From Chrysemys picta bellii (lineage: Eukaryota), in the NCBI RefSeq assembly GCF_011386835.1, contig NC_088806.1, positions 28,706,001 to 28,770,000 on the forward strand: a DNA stretch of 64,000 nt, written 5' to 3'. A model generated the notes under the pieces. It did not search any database, had not been told where the DNA came from, and saw only the letters and a program-made list of their open reading frames with translations. The position numbers and the translations under genes are program-made. Position 1 is the stretch's first letter; each line of letters starts with the position of its first letter. Below are positions 60,984 to 64,000 of this stretch, piece after piece.

Positions 60984-61246
60984 CAGGGATCGGCAACCTT
61001 TGGCACGCGGCCCGCCAGGGTAAGCCAGACTCGCCATCCCAGCCCAATGGGGGCTGCAGGAAGCAGCGGCCAGCACATCCCTCGGCCCACACCGCTTCCC
61101 AAAGCCCCCATTGGCCTCGAGCAGCGAACCGCGGCCAGTGGGAGCTGCGATCGGCCGAACCTGCGGACGCGGCAGGTAAACAAACTGGCCCGGCCCGCCA
61201 GGGTGCTTGCCCTGGCGAGACGCGTGCGAAAGGTTGCCAATCCCTG
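60984..61246. mobile_element. hAT-Charlie-like MITE
   Basis: TIR CAGGGATCGGCAACCTTT / AAAGGTTGCCAATCCCTG; perfect TSD ATATAGTG. Confidence 0.9.
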
Positions 61247-62255
61247 ATATAGTGAATAGCTGATTCTCTTTCCACGACGCAAAGGGCCATATTTTTAAAA
61301 GGTATTTAAACTCCCATTGAGTTAGAGACCAATGTGTTTTTGTGTGTCCTGTCTGCATCTTTAGGTGCCTAAATAAATGCTCTAAAAAAATATCTGACCC
61401 AAGCATACTAAATAAAGCACATTCCAGAAGGAGCATCTCCTGTTGGTTACGTAGAGGACTTGCAGGTTCCAGAGAGCCACATCTTCACGTAGAAGTGTTC
61501 AACACTGGGAAAGAAGGGGCAGGAGGAATAGGGGGCTAATCTGGAGATATGGAATATCTTAGGAAGTCCAAACTCCTAAAGACAGGAAAAATGGCTTTGC
61601 ATAAGAGTATTAAAATACACTTACAATTACTGCCAGTGCATCTTCTTTTTCTGTGCTTGCTTTCGTAAGCTAGAAGTAGAGCTGGTTTGAACATTTTTGA
61701 CTAAATGTATTTTTGTTGAAATATGGTGTTTTGCCAAAGCTGAAATGTTTTCACAGACACCTGTCAATTTCAGCTAAGTTTTTGCTGGGACAGTTTCTGA
61801 GGTCCAGGGCTCTCTGCTCATTTCTAACCAGAGCAAGAGAGAGGAATTGAAAGCCTGTCCTTTTCGGCACACTTGTATTTCATGCAATCATTTGAAAGGT
61901 TCTGTTTTCATTCCAATGCAAAGCATACAAGTTCTGAGTCCTCAAAAAGTTGTCCCGAACCAGAATGGTCATCCTCTGGCCAGCTCTAGTTATGAGCTGT
62001 GTACTGCAGAGGGCTATCTTGAGATCCGTGACTTGAACAGCACAGAGCACAAATGTGGCATGTAAAATATAAGATGATCTAGCTTACTGTTTGGAAGGGA
62101 ACAGCCCCTCAACTTCCCTGTGCCACCCCCTCCCCCTCAATCTTCTGTCCCTGCCTGTCCAGATGTGGCACTCAGAAAAAATCTGGTACCCCTGAATTTG
62201 TACATCTGTCATAATTCCCATCAATTTCAGCACAACTGCCAAGGGAGTGAACAAA

Positions 62256-62443
62256 NNNNNNNNNNNNNNNNNNNNNNNNNNNNNNNNNNNNNNNNNNNNN
62301 NNNNNNNNNNNNNNNNNNNNNNNNNNNNNNNNNNNNNNNNNNNNNNNNNNNNNNNNNNNNNNNNNNNNNNNNNNNNNNNNNNNNNNNNNNNNNNNNNNNN
62401 NNNNNNNNNNNNNNNNNNNNNNNNNNNNNNNNNNNNNNNNNNN
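62256..62443. other. Assembly gap (188 N)
   Basis: Run of N. Confidence 1.
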
Positions 62444-62733
62444 TGTTTATTACGTTTGCATAATAAACGCTTCCGCAGCCTGTTAAGGCAGCCATCCATT
62501 TGGGAGGGGCCATAGCTACATCGCTGCCTTCCTAGTGAATTGAATGCAGAGGGCAACCAAGCACAGGAGATGAAAGGAAGCATTCCCAGCAGAGCTTACC
62601 CCAGACCCTTGGCAAGGATTCACCATGCAATAGGCAAGGGGGCAGGTTCAAGGATCTTCATGTCTCTGGCATAGCAGCACAACCAACTCCTGGAGGAGGG
62701 AGATGTCTCATGTTGCTCCGCAGTGACCCCTAT

Positions 62734-62993
62734 CAGTATGTCTACACTGCAATAAAAGACCTGTAGCATGATTGTGGCTGGCCTGGGCTAAAAATCAGTG
62801 TAGATGTACGGGGCTTGGTCTGGAGCCCAGGCTGTGGGACCCCATGAAGGATGGGTGGGGCCCAGAGCTCAGGCTTCAGGCCCAACCTTGAGCATCTACA
62901 CTGCAATTTTTAGCCCCGCAACCCATGCCCCATGAGCCTGAGTCAGTGGGCCCAGGTCTGCTGCAGGTGTTTCAATGCAGTGTAGATGTACTC
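62734..62993. mobile_element. Harbinger-type MITE
   Basis: CAGTATGTCTACACT / AGTGTAGATGTACTC termini; TSD not clean. Confidence 0.65.
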
Positions 62994-63563
62994 TGTGCGT
63001 CTGGTGTTTCCGAAGTTCCCACTGCTGGAGTGTCTAAGACAGTGACACTGTCTCCCCATGAGGCAACACACTCAGTGTCTCTTGGGAAGCTCCCCAGCAC
63101 CCCACCTCAGCTCCTCTGCAGATCTCTGCTGGCCTCTCTCGTCCCATCCTTGCAGGATCAGAAGTGCTTAGCCCTTGGGGGTGGGGTGGGATGCATCTTA
63201 CAGCTCTGCAGCCCGTCAGCTCAGGAGCGATGCTGACATGCTTTGGAGAAAGCTGAGACAGCTCTCCAAAGCAAGGGAAACAGGATGACCTCAAGGTTCA
63301 ACCTAGAGGGCAAGAGAAGGAAAATGGGTCTGGGCCGGGGGTGGAGTGTGTCAGAAAACAAAATCAAGATGACAGAACTAATCTGAAGTAGTTTGGGTGT
63401 AGAAGAGGATGAACAATTTAACCTTGCTGCTCTTGTGTCAACCAGCAGGTGACATCAAGTGACTAAGGACACATACCCCAGTCTGTCCAGCCATCTAGGG
63501 AAGCAAAGAATAGGAAAGGAACACAGGACAGCAGGCAGATCCCAGTGAATCCCATTCTTCTGC

Positions 63564-63869
63564 CAGGGCCGCCCGGGGTCTTCAGCGGCGGGGGTCCTTC
63601 CGCTCCGGGTCTTTGGGGCACTTTGGCCGTGGGTCCCGGAGCGAGTGAAGGACCAGCCGCCGAACTGCTGCCGAAAACCTGGAGCGGAAGAAGCTCCGGG
63701 TCTTCGGCAGCGGGTCATTCACTCGCTCCGGGTGTGTTCGGCGGCACTGAAGGACCTGACGCCGAAAACCCGCCGAAAACGCTCGTGGGGGCCCCTGAAA
63801 ACTCTTGTGGGGGCCCTTGCGGGGCCTGGGGCAAATTGCCCCACTTGCCTCCCCCTCTGGGAGGCCCTG
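63564..63869. mobile_element. hAT MITE (CAGGGCC family)
   Basis: TIR CAGGGCC / GGCCCTG; perfect TSD TCTTCTGC. Confidence 0.85.
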
Positions 63870-64000
63870 TCTTCTGCTCTATGACATATACCAAATTCCT
63901 CACATTTCTTACAGGCTCCCAGCGCTGCATCCTTCCTCTCCTTTCAGCACAGTCTCAGGGCCATTGGCTCCTTTCTATGGAATTCCAGTCGAAACCATTT

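Noticed and set aside
62120-62583. ORFs spanning the N run
   Set aside because: Artefacts of the assembly gap.
56720-64000. Expected HTR3B/HTR3A first exons
   Set aside because: No matching signal peptide or ligand-binding exon recognised.

Overview
Reptile genomic DNA, most likely turtle, judged from its repeat families (CR1 3' tails, tortoise Pol III/SINE, CpG-rich hAT and Harbinger MITEs). Two genes are confidently present. CLDN25 is a single-exon gene on the + strand (5818-6510). USP28 is complete on the - strand: ATG at 56141 in a CpG island, stop at 13363, 26 coding exons including two in-frame cassette exons, about 1140 aa, and a probable polyA signal at 10912-10917. This order matches human 11q23 (CLDN25-USP28), but no ZW10 or HTR3B exons were recognised. 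The most interesting signals are: (1) five short Penelope-like insertions with 10-13 bp target-site duplications (TSDs) and internal inversions, four carrying all or part of a minimal hammerhead-ribozyme fold with compensatory stem II changes, one with an intact CUGANGA/GAAA core in sense orientation in USP28 intron 2; (2) substitutions at normally conserved USP28 positions (UIM Ala>Val, QQD-box Phe>Val); (3) a nested hAT transposon in the USP28 3'UTR and a miR-25/92/363 8-mer site overlapping the polyA signal; (4) a speculative minus-strand spliced gene that would contain CLDN25 in its first intron. There is one 188-nt assembly gap. All coordinates were read by hand and homology calls come from memory, not database searches.
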